A stretch of DNA of 64,000 nt from a virus: IMG/VR virus record IMGVR_UViG_3300030019_000576. One strand, written 5' to 3'. Below are positions 9,024 to 18,319 of the stretch, piece after piece (within the stretch, counting starts at the first letter, position 1; every line of letters begins with the position of its first letter). The position numbers and the translations under genes are program-made. The notes under the pieces were generated by a model. That model was not told the origin of the DNA. It searched no databases and was given only the letters and a program-made list of their open reading frames with translations.

Positions 9024-9063
9024 AAAAAGTGGAAAGAAGTTTGTTTTATTTTCCACTTTTTTG
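9024..9063 (-). terminator. rho-independent terminator
   Basis: AGTGGAAA...TTTCCACT stem followed by TTTTTTG, just after the stop of 9083..11053. Confidence 0.55.
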
Positions 9064-9082
9064 ATATTTTCCTATTTAATAA

Positions 9083-11053
9083 TCAATTTCTTCTTCTAAC
9101 CCTGAATGGATGGTAGTCGTAATTGTTTGTGAAATTTGATTCATCCGCAAATAAATCACGTAGTTCATCTGTTAATTCATTTCCTTCTTCTGAATCAATT
9201 ATATGAATATCTTCTTCAACTTGTCTTGGTTGAAAATCATAAGCATCATAACCATCATACGAAACATTTCTGCGTTGAACTACTGGTTCATCATTTACAA
9301 CTTGTCGAGGTGATTCATCATTTGTAACTTGTCGAGTTGATTCATCATTTGCAACTTGTCGAGGTGATTCATCATTTTCAACTTGTCGAGGTGTTTCAAA
9401 TATGTCTGCCATAGTCTGTCCACCAGGCATGGTAATATGCCCAAGACTTCTACTACCAGTAAGACTTCCATAGAGTGAATTATGTGATACTGAATATGTT
9501 TCATACATTTGATGTAGAGCTTCGGAAGAAGAAGTTAACGTACTTCTTAATCGTCTTGGATCGATTGTTTGTTCTAAATCAGTTTCAGATGGTTCAACAC
9601 CACCATCTTCTACATCATATTGACCCCTATCAGTACGTGGTGCTCTATAATAAGAACCATAAGAATCACCCATACTCTTTTTTTGTTTAGCTTTTCTATT
9701 CTTTAAATAGGTTTCCCTCACTTCATTTGAATAAAAAATTCTACCATTACTTTCTTCAAATTCTACTCCAATAAGTTTGTAATGAATAATAACTTCTTTA
9801 TCTTCCAAATAAGCAGTTCTTGCACTATTTTTGTATATAAATGTATCCATGTATTCAGACCAAATCGCTTCATCAACTAAGAAATATTTAGTGTTACCTA
9901 ACACATTAGAACAAACTATTTTAGGACTTTTGTTATATGCTTTTCTTTCACCTGTATTATGAACATAAACTTCATCACCACGATATACCCATGTTTCATC
10001 AATATCAACATAAACAGCTTCATCTTCTAATATATTTTCATTATAGAATGTACTAAATACACGTGGTCTATCATCAACTTCTGAATGATAACGACCTTGA
10101 TAATCAGTTAAAATAATATGACCAGTTGTAGTACGCAAATCACCATTATTTGATAAAACATGAGTTTCCTTATTATATATTGATAAACTATCAAGATAAG
10201 GATAATATTCATAATGACGTTCAGGGTGTTTATTCAATGTTACTTGAAGAAGCATATCACGATATTCATAAACTGAATTAGTTGTAGGGTCAGCAATTTT
10301 GTTAAACCAACCATAACGTTGTTCAGTTCTATATAACCATCCTTGTTCTTTTGCGTAGTTTTTGAAAATTTCAATATCAAAATCATTCACAGTATAAATT
10401 CTATCCATGAATATACGTTTACTTGGAACTTCTAAATTCCAAAGTATTGCACGACCTTTTAATTTACCTGCATCATCTTTCAATATTAACATACTGAAAA
10501 CATCTGTATTTGAAGTATACATTCCAAGGAATTTACCTGATTCAGTATAACGCATACAAGATTTACCAAGCGGTGTTTCTTGATGTGCAAAACGTGAATA
10601 GTTTTGGTGGTCATACCAAAAACGGATGTCTTCACCTGTAACTACTTCAAAACGTGCGTAGTTAACATTTTTTTCACGTTCAGCTTTAAACATATTAACA
10701 AATGATTCAATATCATTTCTTGTTCTTGGTGCTGGACAATCTTTTGGTTGATTTACAGGAAAATGGTCTTCAAACATCATTTTAATGAGTTTACCAATTT
10801 TCAGATTTGTTCGCTTATCAGTCCAAACAAGTTCTTTCCAAGATACTTCATTAGCACGTACCAATTCCATAAATTTATTGTTGATAATATATGATACATT
10901 ATCATTTTCATTACCAAAATCTAAATATGAAATTCTATCATATTCTTTGTTACGAATTCTGTCTAACAAAGCAAATGATATTTGATGTTCAATGTTACTT
11001 AACATTTCAATAAGTCTTTGTGATGCTTCTAATCTAATGTCTCCACTTTTCAT
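9083..11053 (-). CDS. large hypothetical protein with a C-terminal 9-aa tandem repeat
   Basis: 656-aa ORF with an ATG start. The C-terminal region contains at least four copies of (S/T)PRQVxNDE. No catalytic motif is recognised. Confidence 0.5.
   Translation of the reverse strand: MKSGDIRLEASQRLIEMLSNIEHQISFALLDRIRNKEYDRISYLDFGNENDNVSYIINNKFMELVRANEVSWKELVWTDKRTNLKIGKLIKMMFEDHFPVNQPKDCPAPRTRNDIESFVNMFKAEREKNVNYARFEVVTGEDIRFWYDHQNYSRFAHQETPLGKSCMRYTESGKFLGMYTSNTDVFSMLILKDDAGKLKGRAILWNLEVPSKRIFMDRIYTVNDFDIEIFKNYAKEQGWLYRTEQRYGWFNKIADPTTNSVYEYRDMLLQVTLNKHPERHYEYYPYLDSLSIYNKETHVLSNNGDLRTTTGHIILTDYQGRYHSEVDDRPRVFSTFYNENILEDEAVYVDIDETWVYRGDEVYVHNTGERKAYNKSPKIVCSNVLGNTKYFLVDEAIWSEYMDTFIYKNSARTAYLEDKEVIIHYKLIGVEFEESNGRIFYSNEVRETYLKNRKAKQKKSMGDSYGSYYRAPRTDRGQYDVEDGGVEPSETDLEQTIDPRRLRSTLTSSSEALHQMYETYSVSHNSLYGSLTGSRSLGHITMPGGQTMADIFETPRQVENDESPRQVANDESTRQVTNDESPRQVVNDEPVVQRRNVSYDGYDAYDFQPRQVEEDIHIIDSEEGNELTDELRDLFADESNFTNNYDYHPFRVRRRN
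9284..9396. repeat. 27-bp tandem repeat, about 4 copies, inside the 9083..11053 coding sequence
   Basis: ttcatcatttRYaacttgtcgagKtga repeats head to tail and encodes PRQVxNDES units. Confidence 0.7.
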
Positions 11054-11090
11054 TTTTTAATTTTTACGTGTTATTAATTTGTTATTTATA

Positions 11091-11132
11091 GTGCAAAGGT
11101 AATATAATTTTTTGAATTACCAAATTATTTTC
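11091..11132 (-). promoter_or_regulatory. conserved phage promoter motif (Bacteroidota sigma-A type: TTTG then TAnnTTTG)
   Basis: gtgcaaaggtaatataattttttgaattaccaaat. Its minus-strand reading is ATTTGGTAATTC...TATTACCTTTGCAC, placed upstream of the 11053 start. Confidence 0.5.
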
Positions 11133-11138
11133 TGTTTT

Positions 11139-11660
11139 TTAATATTTAATTTTCAATCCCAATTCATCTCTAAATGATATTAATGCTTCTGCATTACCCA
11201 AACAATCTTGAATCGGATTATGCGTATGTTTAGTTTTACGATATTTACGTTTCCAATCTGCGTTTTTACCAGCATCATTCATCATCCCACAATATAAGTC
11301 ACCAATCCTACGTGCGGAAAAACCAAATGGATTTCTACCTAAATATTTATGGAAGTAAAAATTAATCCATTGCCAATCAAATGCAGGATTGTCACTAATA
11401 AAAGTTGGTTTACCAACACTTACTTCAAGTATCCATTTCTCAAAATTTTCCATAACAATTTTAGGATCATCAAATTCTTCATGTTCTTCCCTACTGAATC
11501 CACTTATTGCAAGTGCAGATGGTTCAAATTCATCACTAATTGGTCGTGTTTCACCATAAAATGTCTTTGTTTGGTCGTTAACTAAGACAGCACCAAAACA
11601 AACCATACTTCTGTTTGCTGGTGATGGACCATCACTTTCTACATCTAAAACGATATACAT
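11139..11660 (-). CDS. DEDDh-family 3'-5' exonuclease
   Basis: Exo I YIVLDVESDG (D, E), Exo II FISDNPAFDWQW (D), Exo III HTHNPIQDCLGNA (H...D). Confidence 0.65.
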   Translation of the reverse strand: MYIVLDVESDGPSPANRSMVCFGAVLVNDQTKTFYGETRPISDEFEPSALAISGFSREEHEEFDDPKIVMENFEKWILEVSVGKPTFISDNPAFDWQWINFYFHKYLGRNPFGFSARRIGDLYCGMMNDAGKNADWKRKYRKTKHTHNPIQDCLGNAEALISFRDELGLKIKY

Positions 11661-11835
11661 TTTTTTATTTTTTTAAATTGTTGTTTAAATATATAATAAA
11701 TTCATCTTCATTCATTACATTTTTTTTACTATTTATATATCTTGAACATATACATAAATTATTAAGTTGTCCTAATTCTATTGGATTTATATTATTTTTA
11801 AATCCATAAAAAATACTTTTTTCATATATTTTTAT

Positions 11836-12234
11836 TTATTTATTTTCAAATGCACTATAACTTTCTAACCATGTTGAATTCCATTCCCTGCGGTCATCTT
11901 CCATTTTTTTGTTGAAGAAAAATTCAACAGTTTCACATCCGAAAAAATCTTTAATTTGACTTTCTAAAAATGCTACTGTTAATTTATTTGTACCACAAAT
12001 ATTATAGACTTCCCTTTCAAAACTTTTCCATTTAGGTTGATTAGTCCAAACTGTTACGTGTGTTGTATCATGTGTGAATATGTGGTCTGTATAACCTGCA
12101 AACCATTCTTCTATATTTTTTACATCACCATCAGGACGATGTGACATGTATTTTACAAATTTTAAGAATAATAATTGTTCAGGTGCTAACCTTGCTTCTT
12201 TAATCAGTTTGATTTTACTTCTAACATCACCCAT
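11836..12234 (-). CDS. hypothetical protein (the ORF-track start at 12270 is a TTG; the ATG at 12234 is preferred)
   Basis: The promoter motif at 12251-12285 lies inside the TTG extension; MGDVRSK follows the ATG. Confidence 0.4.
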   Translation of the reverse strand: MGDVRSKIKLIKEARLAPEQLLFLKFVKYMSHRPDGDVKNIEEWFAGYTDHIFTHDTTHVTVWTNQPKWKSFEREVYNICGTNKLTVAFLESQIKDFFGCETVEFFFNKKMEDDRREWNSTWLESYSAFENK

Positions 12235-12250
12235 AGTTGTATAGTTATAA

Positions 12251-12285
12251 ATTATGCAACAAAGATACAATAATTTTTTTTATCT
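12251..12285 (-). promoter_or_regulatory. conserved phage promoter motif
   Basis: attatgcaacaaagatacaataattttttttatc is a variant of the ACAAAGATAATACAA core. Confidence 0.4.
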
Positions 12286-12315
12286 ACAAAATTTTTTTGC
12301 AATATTTTTAAATAA

Positions 12316-12522
12316 TTATTTAGAAAAAAAATCTTTGAATGATTTATTATATTTCATTAATAACCACATTGAAGTAATAACCAAGATGAATATTCCACCT
12401 GATATCAATGCAAATTTTAATGAATGCATACTCATTGAATATGTTAAAAACATAATATACATTGCTAATAGTAAGTTTTTAAAAGTAAATATATATTTCA
12501 AAAATTTTTTAATCGTTTTCAT
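12316..12522 (-). CDS. small membrane protein (2 TM)
   Basis: 68-aa ORF with two hydrophobic helices, lying between co-oriented genes. Confidence 0.3.
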   Translation of the reverse strand: MKTIKKFLKYIFTFKNLLLAMYIMFLTYSMSMHSLKFALISGGIFILVITSMWLLMKYNKSFKDFFSK

Positions 12523-12534
12523 ATTTTTCGTTTT

Positions 12535-12900
12535 TTATTTTATAAGATTTAATGCAAATCTTAAACCAATTTCTAATGCTTCTTCCCATGTTTTAAAATT
12601 ATGATATTTAACATCAGTATTTTCTAATAAGAAATCATATGATCCAATATTAGTTATTATATCATTTCTATGTATTACTGTTAAATGAATATTCTTTTCA
12701 TCCCTTAACCATTTTTGTAATGATGTTTGTGTTGGTGCTGATATTCTTATTGGAATCAGTAAATTATTACTATATCCACCATGTACTTCATCATCATCAT
12801 CATCATATATATTATAGAAGGTGTAATTAAGTTCAGTATAACCATTATCCTTTGCAAGCATTGCAGTGTCACGTGTCACGTAATCCATTTTATCTTTCAT
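12535..12900 (-). CDS. LQKWLRDE-family protein (paralog 1 of 3)
   Basis: Shares AKDNGY, PTQTSLQKWLRDE and a C-terminal ALEIGLRFALNLI with 12910..13293 and 23677..24108. Confidence 0.5.
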   Translation of the reverse strand: MKDKMDYVTRDTAMLAKDNGYTELNYTFYNIYDDDDDEVHGGYSNNLLIPIRISAPTQTSLQKWLRDEKNIHLTVIHRNDIITNIGSYDFLLENTDVKYHNFKTWEEALEIGLRFALNLIK

Positions 12901-12909
12901 AATATTGTA

Positions 12910-13293
12910 TTAATCAATTAAACTTAAACCATACCTTAAACCGTCTTCAAACGCTTCTTCAAACTTATCATATCTATTAATAGGTTTATCTTTAATATCA
13001 TGATTTACATGCTTACCATTTACGGTGCAAATAAATTCTAAAGTATTATCAAATGATAAAGATTCCCTTGGTGATACATATATTTTAAATTCATCCCTTA
13101 ACCATTTTTGCAAAAGTGCTTGTGTTGGACGTGTTGTATATTCAAGTCCACAATCACCATAACTACGATTATGGTCTTCTTTTTGTGGTACCGTTGACAT
13201 TGGTCTCACCCCTATGAAATATTCATATGTTTTTATTCGAAATCCTTTTTCTTTTGCAATTCTTGCTGTTTCAATTGTTATGTAATCTTCCAT
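12910..13293 (-). CDS. LQKWLRDE-family protein (paralog 2 of 3)
   Basis: ETARIAKEKGF, PTQALLQKWLRDE, EAFEDGLRYGL. Confidence 0.5.
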   Translation of the reverse strand: MEDYITIETARIAKEKGFRIKTYEYFIGVRPMSTVPQKEDHNRSYGDCGLEYTTRPTQALLQKWLRDEFKIYVSPRESLSFDNTLEFICTVNGKHVNHDIKDKPINRYDKFEEAFEDGLRYGLSLID

Positions 13294-13513
13294 TTCTTAT
13301 TTTTTCTATTTTTTGTCTTCTTAATATTAATATTGCTTCTTTGTAAGATAACGACATTTTAAAATCTCTGCAAAATTCAAGTTGTTCAGATAAAGGAAAT
13401 CTATATTTAACTCTATCTTCTTTATTTCTTTGTGTATATATATAATATGCAAGGTTATCTAAATCAGTTGCTTCTTTGAAATTCCATTTTCCACTCTTTT
13501 TATCAATTTTCAT
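13271..13513 (-). CDS. IDK-GxW / EKIEKI-tail small-protein family member
   Basis: MKIDKKSGKW...LDNLAYYIY...RRQKIEKIRNG. Confidence 0.45.
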   Translation of the reverse strand: MKIDKKSGKWNFKEATDLDNLAYYIYTQRNKEDRVKYRFPLSEQLEFCRDFKMSLSYKEAILILRRQKIEKIRNGRLHNN

Positions 13514-13730
13514 TTTTAGATTTCAATTTTAGTATTTTTTCAATTCTTATTTGATGAAATGCTTGTTCATAAAAACTATCTTTATATAGTGCTACCATAA
13601 ATTTCTTTTGTGATGGTACCGAAAAATTTTCACCGAAATTATAATATGTATATAAAAATAATGTATATGCAACATCATCAACTTGTGATGCATTTTCATC
13701 CCATTCACCATGACTTTTATCAATTAACAT
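13503..13730 (-). CDS. IDK-GxW / EKIEKI-tail small-protein family member
   Basis: MLIDKSHGEW...VDDVAYTLFLY...IRIEKILKLK. Confidence 0.45.
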   Translation of the reverse strand: MLIDKSHGEWDENASQVDDVAYTLFLYTYYNFGENFSVPSQKKFMVALYKDSFYEQAFHQIRIEKILKLKSKNEN

Positions 13731-13971
13731 ATTCTATTCTTTTTTTAATTCTTTCAATTTTACAATATCTAATATATATTTCAGCTTCTGTGTAATATTT
13801 TTTTGCAAAATCATCTTTTTCTGAAATTAAACCATGTTGACACAAACCAGGTGCTACTTTATCAGTTATATATAAATAATAAGCAATATCATCTAATTTT
13901 GATGAATTTGAATACCAATCTATATCCCTTATATTTATATTTAGTTTCCTATCACCCTTATCAATTATCAT
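13720..13971 (-). CDS. IDK-GxW / EKIEKI-tail small-protein family member
   Basis: MIIDKGDRK...LDDIAYYLYI...CKIERIKKRIEY. Confidence 0.45.
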   Translation of the reverse strand: MIIDKGDRKLNINIRDIDWYSNSSKLDDIAYYLYITDKVAPGLCQHGLISEKDDFAKKYYTEAEIYIRYCKIERIKKRIEYVN

Positions 13972-13972
13972 A

Positions 13973-14251
13973 TTAAATATTAGTTCTTTCTTTAATTTTT
14001 AATATTTTCAAACTTCTTATTTTCAGAATTTTTTCACTTCTTAATACAAGTTCTGCACTGTTATAAATACCAATGCAACCATTACCTTTATTTTTCCTAT
14101 TAAATGACATTATAAAGGATTGTGATAATACATTATCAATATTTACACCATTGTTTAAAACACGATTTAAATATAACTGATATGCAACATCATCCATTTG
14201 ATTTGAATTTCTATCCCAATCACCCTTACTTTTGTCTATTTTTAATTCCAT
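13973..14251 (-). CDS. IDK-GxW / EKIEKI-tail small-protein family member
   Basis: MELKIDKSKGDW...MDDVAYQLYLN...RSEKILKI. Confidence 0.45.
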   Translation of the reverse strand: MELKIDKSKGDWDRNSNQMDDVAYQLYLNRVLNNGVNIDNVLSQSFIMSFNRKNKGNGCIGIYNSAELVLRSEKILKIRSLKILKIKERTNI

Positions 14252-14483
14252 CTTTTATTTTGTCTATTTTTAATTTTCTAAGTAATAATACATCAACAAA
14301 AAAATTAATATCAGCGAATAAATCAATTCTATTACCCCTAATACAAAGTCTATTGTGAAAATGAAAATCTAAATCAACTATTTTATATTGTTTACCAATG
14401 GTTAAATGTTGTTCAAAAAAATCATCAACTTTTACACACGTTACAATTTGTCCTATTTTAAAGTCTTTGTAGGTTAATTCCAT
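14226..14483 (-). CDS. small protein carrying the family tail motif (divergent member)
   Basis: The C-terminal LLLRKLKIDKIKDG matches the family tail; the N-terminus differs. Confidence 0.4.
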   Translation of the reverse strand: MELTYKDFKIGQIVTCVKVDDFFEQHLTIGKQYKIVDLDFHFHNRLCIRGNRIDLFADINFFVDVLLLRKLKIDKIKDGIKNRQK

Positions 14484-14739
14484 TTTTTATTTTTTCTATT
14501 TTTTCACGTCTTATAATATTTTTTGCTTTTTCATAAACTATTGTATAATAATTATAATTATTTTGATTAACAGAAAGATAAAAATATTCAATAAATGTTA
14601 TTTGTGGGAACATCTTAATCTGAAAAATATCATCAGGGAATTTAATAGTATATTCATTAACATTAAGTTGGTATGCAACATCATCAAGATAACTTGTTTC
14701 TTCCGCACACCAAATACCTTTAGTTTTATCAATCAGCAT
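14458..14739 (-). CDS. IDK-GxW / EKIEKI-tail small-protein family member
   Basis: MLIDKTKGIW...LDDVAYQLNVN...RREKIEKIKNG. Confidence 0.45.
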   Translation of the reverse strand: MLIDKTKGIWCAEETSYLDDVAYQLNVNEYTIKFPDDIFQIKMFPQITFIEYFYLSVNQNNYNYYTIVYEKAKNIIRREKIEKIKNGINLQRL

Positions 14740-15244
14740 AAAATAAATTATTTTTATTATAGTTTATAATAGGATTAACATCAGATACATATTTCATTTT
14801 AGCAATATGTAGCATATCATCACTATTAATAGATTCTTTAATTGAAGAAGAAAATAAAGTATTTGATTCAACAATACTATCCCAATCACAAGGTAATGAA
14901 AAGTAATATGCTTCATCTATATCAGAAACAATCATACCAGTGTAAAAACCTTTTAAACCATATTTTTCAAAGAATACGTTAGCATTACACCAAATACAAA
15001 CACATTGTTTTTCACGTAGTAAATATACTAAGTCAGAATTAATTACGAAACGCTTATATGTAAAGTCATATAAACCTTCTTCCGAACCATGACCTAACAT
15101 TATAATTCTGTCATATTCTTTTATAATTCGCTTTAAATCACCTTTACTTTTATTTGAAGTTATAACAGTCCAATCTGTACCTTTATAGATTTCAGATAAG
15201 AAGTCAGTTGATGAATCTTTTGGATGTAGTACTAATGTTTTCAT
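14729..15244 (-). CDS. hypothetical protein (possible Rossmann-like fold)
   Basis: ATG ORF; alternating KTLVLHPKD and RIIMLGHGSEEG beta-strand-like segments; unassigned. Confidence 0.45.
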   Translation of the reverse strand: MKTLVLHPKDSSTDFLSEIYKGTDWTVITSNKSKGDLKRIIKEYDRIIMLGHGSEEGLYDFTYKRFVINSDLVYLLREKQCVCIWCNANVFFEKYGLKGFYTGMIVSDIDEAYYFSLPCDWDSIVESNTLFSSSIKESINSDDMLHIAKMKYVSDVNPIINYNKNNLFYAD

Positions 15245-15300
15245 AATGCAAATATACGAATAATAATTGGAATAACAAAATATTATTCGTAATTTATTTG
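15245..15300 (-). promoter_or_regulatory. variant promoter motif with an embedded hairpin, in a divergent intergenic region
   Basis: atgcaaatatacgaataataattggaataacaaaatattattcg; stem ACGAATAATA/TATTATTCGT. It lies between the divergent starts at 15244 (-) and 15338 (+). Confidence 0.35.
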
Positions 15301-15337
15301 AATATACCTAATTTAATATATAAAATAAATTATTTTT

Positions 15338-16129
15338 ATGAAATCATTAGTATCAGTAATTGTTCCTTTTTATAATACCGATGATTTTATTGAAAGTAAT
15401 ATAGAATCAATTATTAACCAAACCTATAAAAATATTGAAATTATATATGTAAATGATGGTTCAACTGACAATTCAGAAAATATTGTTAAAAAATTTAATA
15501 ATATTTTGTTATTGAATACACCAAAGACAAATGCGGGTGATTCAAGAAATTATGGATTAAAATATGCACATGGTGAATATGTTTTCTTTTTCGATTCTGA
15601 TGATTTAATAGATTTTAAGTGTGTTGAATTATGCGTAGAACAAATGGATAATAATTATGATTGTGTATTATATAGTACAAATGTAATACCACCATATTAT
15701 AAAACACCCAATGAAATGATGAATATTACAAATGTTGTATGGAATAAATGCTTTAGAATGAGTTTAATAAAAAAATATAATATATGGTTTTCAAATATTA
15801 ATAACAGTAATGATTTATCATTTACACACGCATATTTAACATTATGTAAAAATTATATTGTTATACCTTATAAACTCTATAATAAAAGATGTAATCCATC
15901 TTCGATAATGACAAAAAACTATTTAGAACCTAATTGTGTCATTAATGCACTAAAGGATTTAAGTGTTATACTTAAAAATAATAATATATTTAAGAGTAAT
16001 GAAATAATATTTAAAGAATATTATTTAAAACAATGTGAATATATGGAAAAAATATTGAATAAAAAATGTATAAATATTCAAGAATTTTTAAATTCTAAAT
16101 TTACCACCCTTGATGAAATATTAAAATAA
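15338..16129 (+). CDS. glycosyltransferase family 2
   Basis: VSVIVPFYNTDDFIESNIESIINQTY...IEIIYVNDGSTDNS is the classic GT2 N-terminus; DSDD is also present. Confidence 0.6.
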   Translation: MKSLVSVIVPFYNTDDFIESNIESIINQTYKNIEIIYVNDGSTDNSENIVKKFNNILLLNTPKTNAGDSRNYGLKYAHGEYVFFFDSDDLIDFKCVELCVEQMDNNYDCVLYSTNVIPPYYKTPNEMMNITNVVWNKCFRMSLIKKYNIWFSNINNSNDLSFTHAYLTLCKNYIVIPYKLYNKRCNPSSIMTKNYLEPNCVINALKDLSVILKNNNIFKSNEIIFKEYYLKQCEYMEKILNKKCINIQEFLNSKFTTLDEILK

Positions 16130-16486
16130 ATTTATTTTTAGTAATTGTTTCATTTTTTCTTCGAATATTTTCAATTTTAAATTATATATTTTAACACTTC
16201 TTGATTCTAATAAACTTCTATTAGTTGCGGTTATATTCATTATACAATAACTATCTTGAATTAATCTATCATAATAAATATGAAAGAAAAATTGCGAATG
16301 TTTTATTCTATTAACTAAATCATTAATATTGTTTACTTGGGTTGGATTTGATATATGAAATTCTTCATTATGCATAAAATGTGTTTTATCAATAAATCTG
16401 TAATGGATACCATATATCAATCCATGCATAAATAATAAATTTATATTAGATTGCTTAATCAGCTCTGCTTCATTCATTTTTATCAT
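16121..16486 (-). CDS. hypothetical protein
   Basis: Co-oriented ORF. Confidence 0.4.
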   Translation of the reverse strand: MIKMNEAELIKQSNINLLFMHGLIYGIHYRFIDKTHFMHNEEFHISNPTQVNNINDLVNRIKHSQFFFHIYYDRLIQDSYCIMNITATNRSLLESRSVKIYNLKLKIFEEKMKQLLKINLF

Positions 16487-16491
16487 ATTAT

Positions 16492-16887
16492 CTAACTATA
16501 TATTCCAAGGTCATGTTCACTAATTTCTCCACGTCTATCACTTGAATCATATGAAAATGAATCAGATGCACCTTTCCAATATTTTTTCCAAGCATTTAAA
16601 ATTTCCGATGGTATTTGATTAATTGAAATAAGTAATGGTTGTAACCCCATCATAACTTTCAATGATGTATCTTTTTCGTTTATATTGAATTTACCATTTC
16701 TTAAAGAAAATAAATCTTCTTCACTTAATTTGATATTTTCAACTTGAATATTCAACCACCAATCTTGTATATGATAATATGGGTGTTTTAACCCCTTTGA
16801 ATCTAATACTGATTTTGGTATCCACACATCATTTGATAGTTGATATGCTTTTGGTGATTCAGATTTAAAATCTAATTTTATATACAT
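16492..16887 (-). CDS. hypothetical protein
   Basis: Co-oriented ORF. Confidence 0.4.
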   Translation of the reverse strand: MYIKLDFKSESPKAYQLSNDVWIPKSVLDSKGLKHPYYHIQDWWLNIQVENIKLSEEDLFSLRNGKFNINEKDTSLKVMMGLQPLLISINQIPSEILNAWKKYWKGASDSFSYDSSDRRGEISEHDLGIYS

Positions 16888-17225
16888 GTATTTAATTCTT
16901 TAAATTTATTTTTAATAATTTTATAATTCTTAGAAAATATAAATACTGGTATCCATTTTTCATTATTAGTTTTTATATAATATTTGACTATTGATGATAA
17001 TGGAAGTGATGTAGTAAAGTTATAATACCCATTTTTTTCAAAAAATATAAAATCTTTTGACATCAAAGAACTTAATTCACAATTAATAAAATCACTTTCT
17101 TGTAAATCTTTCAACGGAACATTAAACTTATTTACTACAAAAAGTGCAAGTAATACACCGAGTTCGATAATAGGGAAGCATAATATAACTGCTACAAGTA
17201 ATCCTTTAATAATTTCTATAATCAT
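16878..17225 (-). CDS. hypothetical membrane protein
   Basis: N-terminal TM helix. Confidence 0.4.
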   Translation of the reverse strand: MIIEIIKGLLVAVILCFPIIELGVLLALFVVNKFNVPLKDLQESDFINCELSSLMSKDFIFFEKNGYYNFTTSLPLSSIVKYYIKTNNEKWIPVFIFSKNYKIIKNKFKELNTCI

Positions 17226-17235
17226 AATATTTCTT

Positions 17236-17601
17236 TTAATTTATTAATTTATGTAAAGTTTCTAAAAAGTTTATAATATCATCAGTTCTTTTACTTATAA
17301 TATCATCATAAGTAAAATCACATATTTCAATAGATGTACCCCGTTTTTTTGCGGTATAAATATTAAATGTCAAATCACCGTATTGTAATACCCAAATTTT
17401 AGTTCTATATTCATAGGTAACAGTTTTATTTTGTTTACCATATATAGCTGTCAATTCATCAACCATATTACATGATAAACTTGTCATGTTATTTTTATAT
17501 GAATATGTAATATTATCAACCATCCAATTTAATATTTTTCTATTGTTAGATGTTGGTATTGAACTTTCTATTTTCTTACCGTTTAGGTGTATTATTTCCA
17601 T
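17236..17601 (-). CDS. hypothetical protein
   Basis: Co-oriented ORF. Confidence 0.4.
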   Translation of the reverse strand: MEIIHLNGKKIESSIPTSNNRKILNWMVDNITYSYKNNMTSLSCNMVDELTAIYGKQNKTVTYEYRTKIWVLQYGDLTFNIYTAKKRGTSIEICDFTYDDIISKRTDDIINFLETLHKLIN

Positions 17602-17794
17602 TTTTTAATTTGTTAACATATTTTTTTGTTAGTGTATCAACTCGTTTTAACCAAGTTCCATCATAATTCCATCCGTGTGATTTTTCAATTGCACATCTTC
17701 GATTGTAATAATCAATAAGTATTTCTTCTTCTTTATCCAATTCAATTGGATTTTTACGTTTGTAATACTTATTTAATAAATTTTTATTATCCAT
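17576..17794 (-). CDS. hypothetical protein
   Basis: Co-oriented ORF. Confidence 0.35.
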   Translation of the reverse strand: MDNKNLLNKYYKRKNPIELDKEEEILIDYYNRRCAIEKSHGWNYDGTWLKRVDTLTKKYVNKLKNGNNTPKR

Positions 17795-17962
17795 AATTAA
17801 ATATCTTCTGGGTCAAATAATTGGTCTAATAAATTCAATACGATTTGTTTTTGCTAACTCATATACTACCTTATGTCTATCTTTTAAAATTTGAAGTGAT
17901 GTGTTCATTTCACTTACTGCTTCTAATATTCTATCCATGTTTTTATTTATTAAAGTTTATAT

Positions 17963-18319
17963 TTACCATAAATCTTCTGATGAAAGTTCACCACCTATTA
18001 AAGGTTGTGTTAATTGTCCATTTTCTTTTACTAATACTAATGCTTCGCTTCTTGTAAGAAATCGGTTTTTTGTTGTTAAAAATCCTTGTTTATATTCACC
18101 TGTCGAATTTTCACCATTAGTAACAGAACGTAATCCAATTAATGCTGACATTTGACCAATAATATTTCCGTGTCTCCAACCGCATAACACTACACCACTT
18201 CCTATATTAAATGGTAAATGGGCCTGTGCTTCAAAATTCTTATACCAGGTTGCTGCACACATTACGTATTCAACTTTTCCGTTATTCATTTTTAAGTTTA
18301 ACCGCATTTCGTCTATCAT
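17963..18319 (-). CDS. hypothetical protein
   Basis: 118-aa ORF; the Gly-rich segment GSGVVLCGWRHGNIIGQ is unassigned. Confidence 0.4.
   Translation of the reverse strand: MIDEMRLNLKMNNGKVEYVMCAATWYKNFEAQAHLPFNIGSGVVLCGWRHGNIIGQMSALIGLRSVTNGENSTGEYKQGFLTTKNRFLTRSEALVLVKENGQLTQPLIGGELSSEDLW

Noticed and set aside
9295-9504. Minus-strand ORF with an MNHLDKLQMMNQLDKLQMMNHLDKL repeat.
   Set aside because: It is an alternative frame of the 27-bp tandem repeat inside 9083..11053, and so an artefact of the repeat.
15253-15289. Hairpin ACGAATAATA…TATTATTCGT between divergent gene starts; considered as a terminator.
   Set aside because: No gene ends there, since both flanking genes start at this region. 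It is more likely part of a divergent promoter or operator, so I listed it as regulatory.
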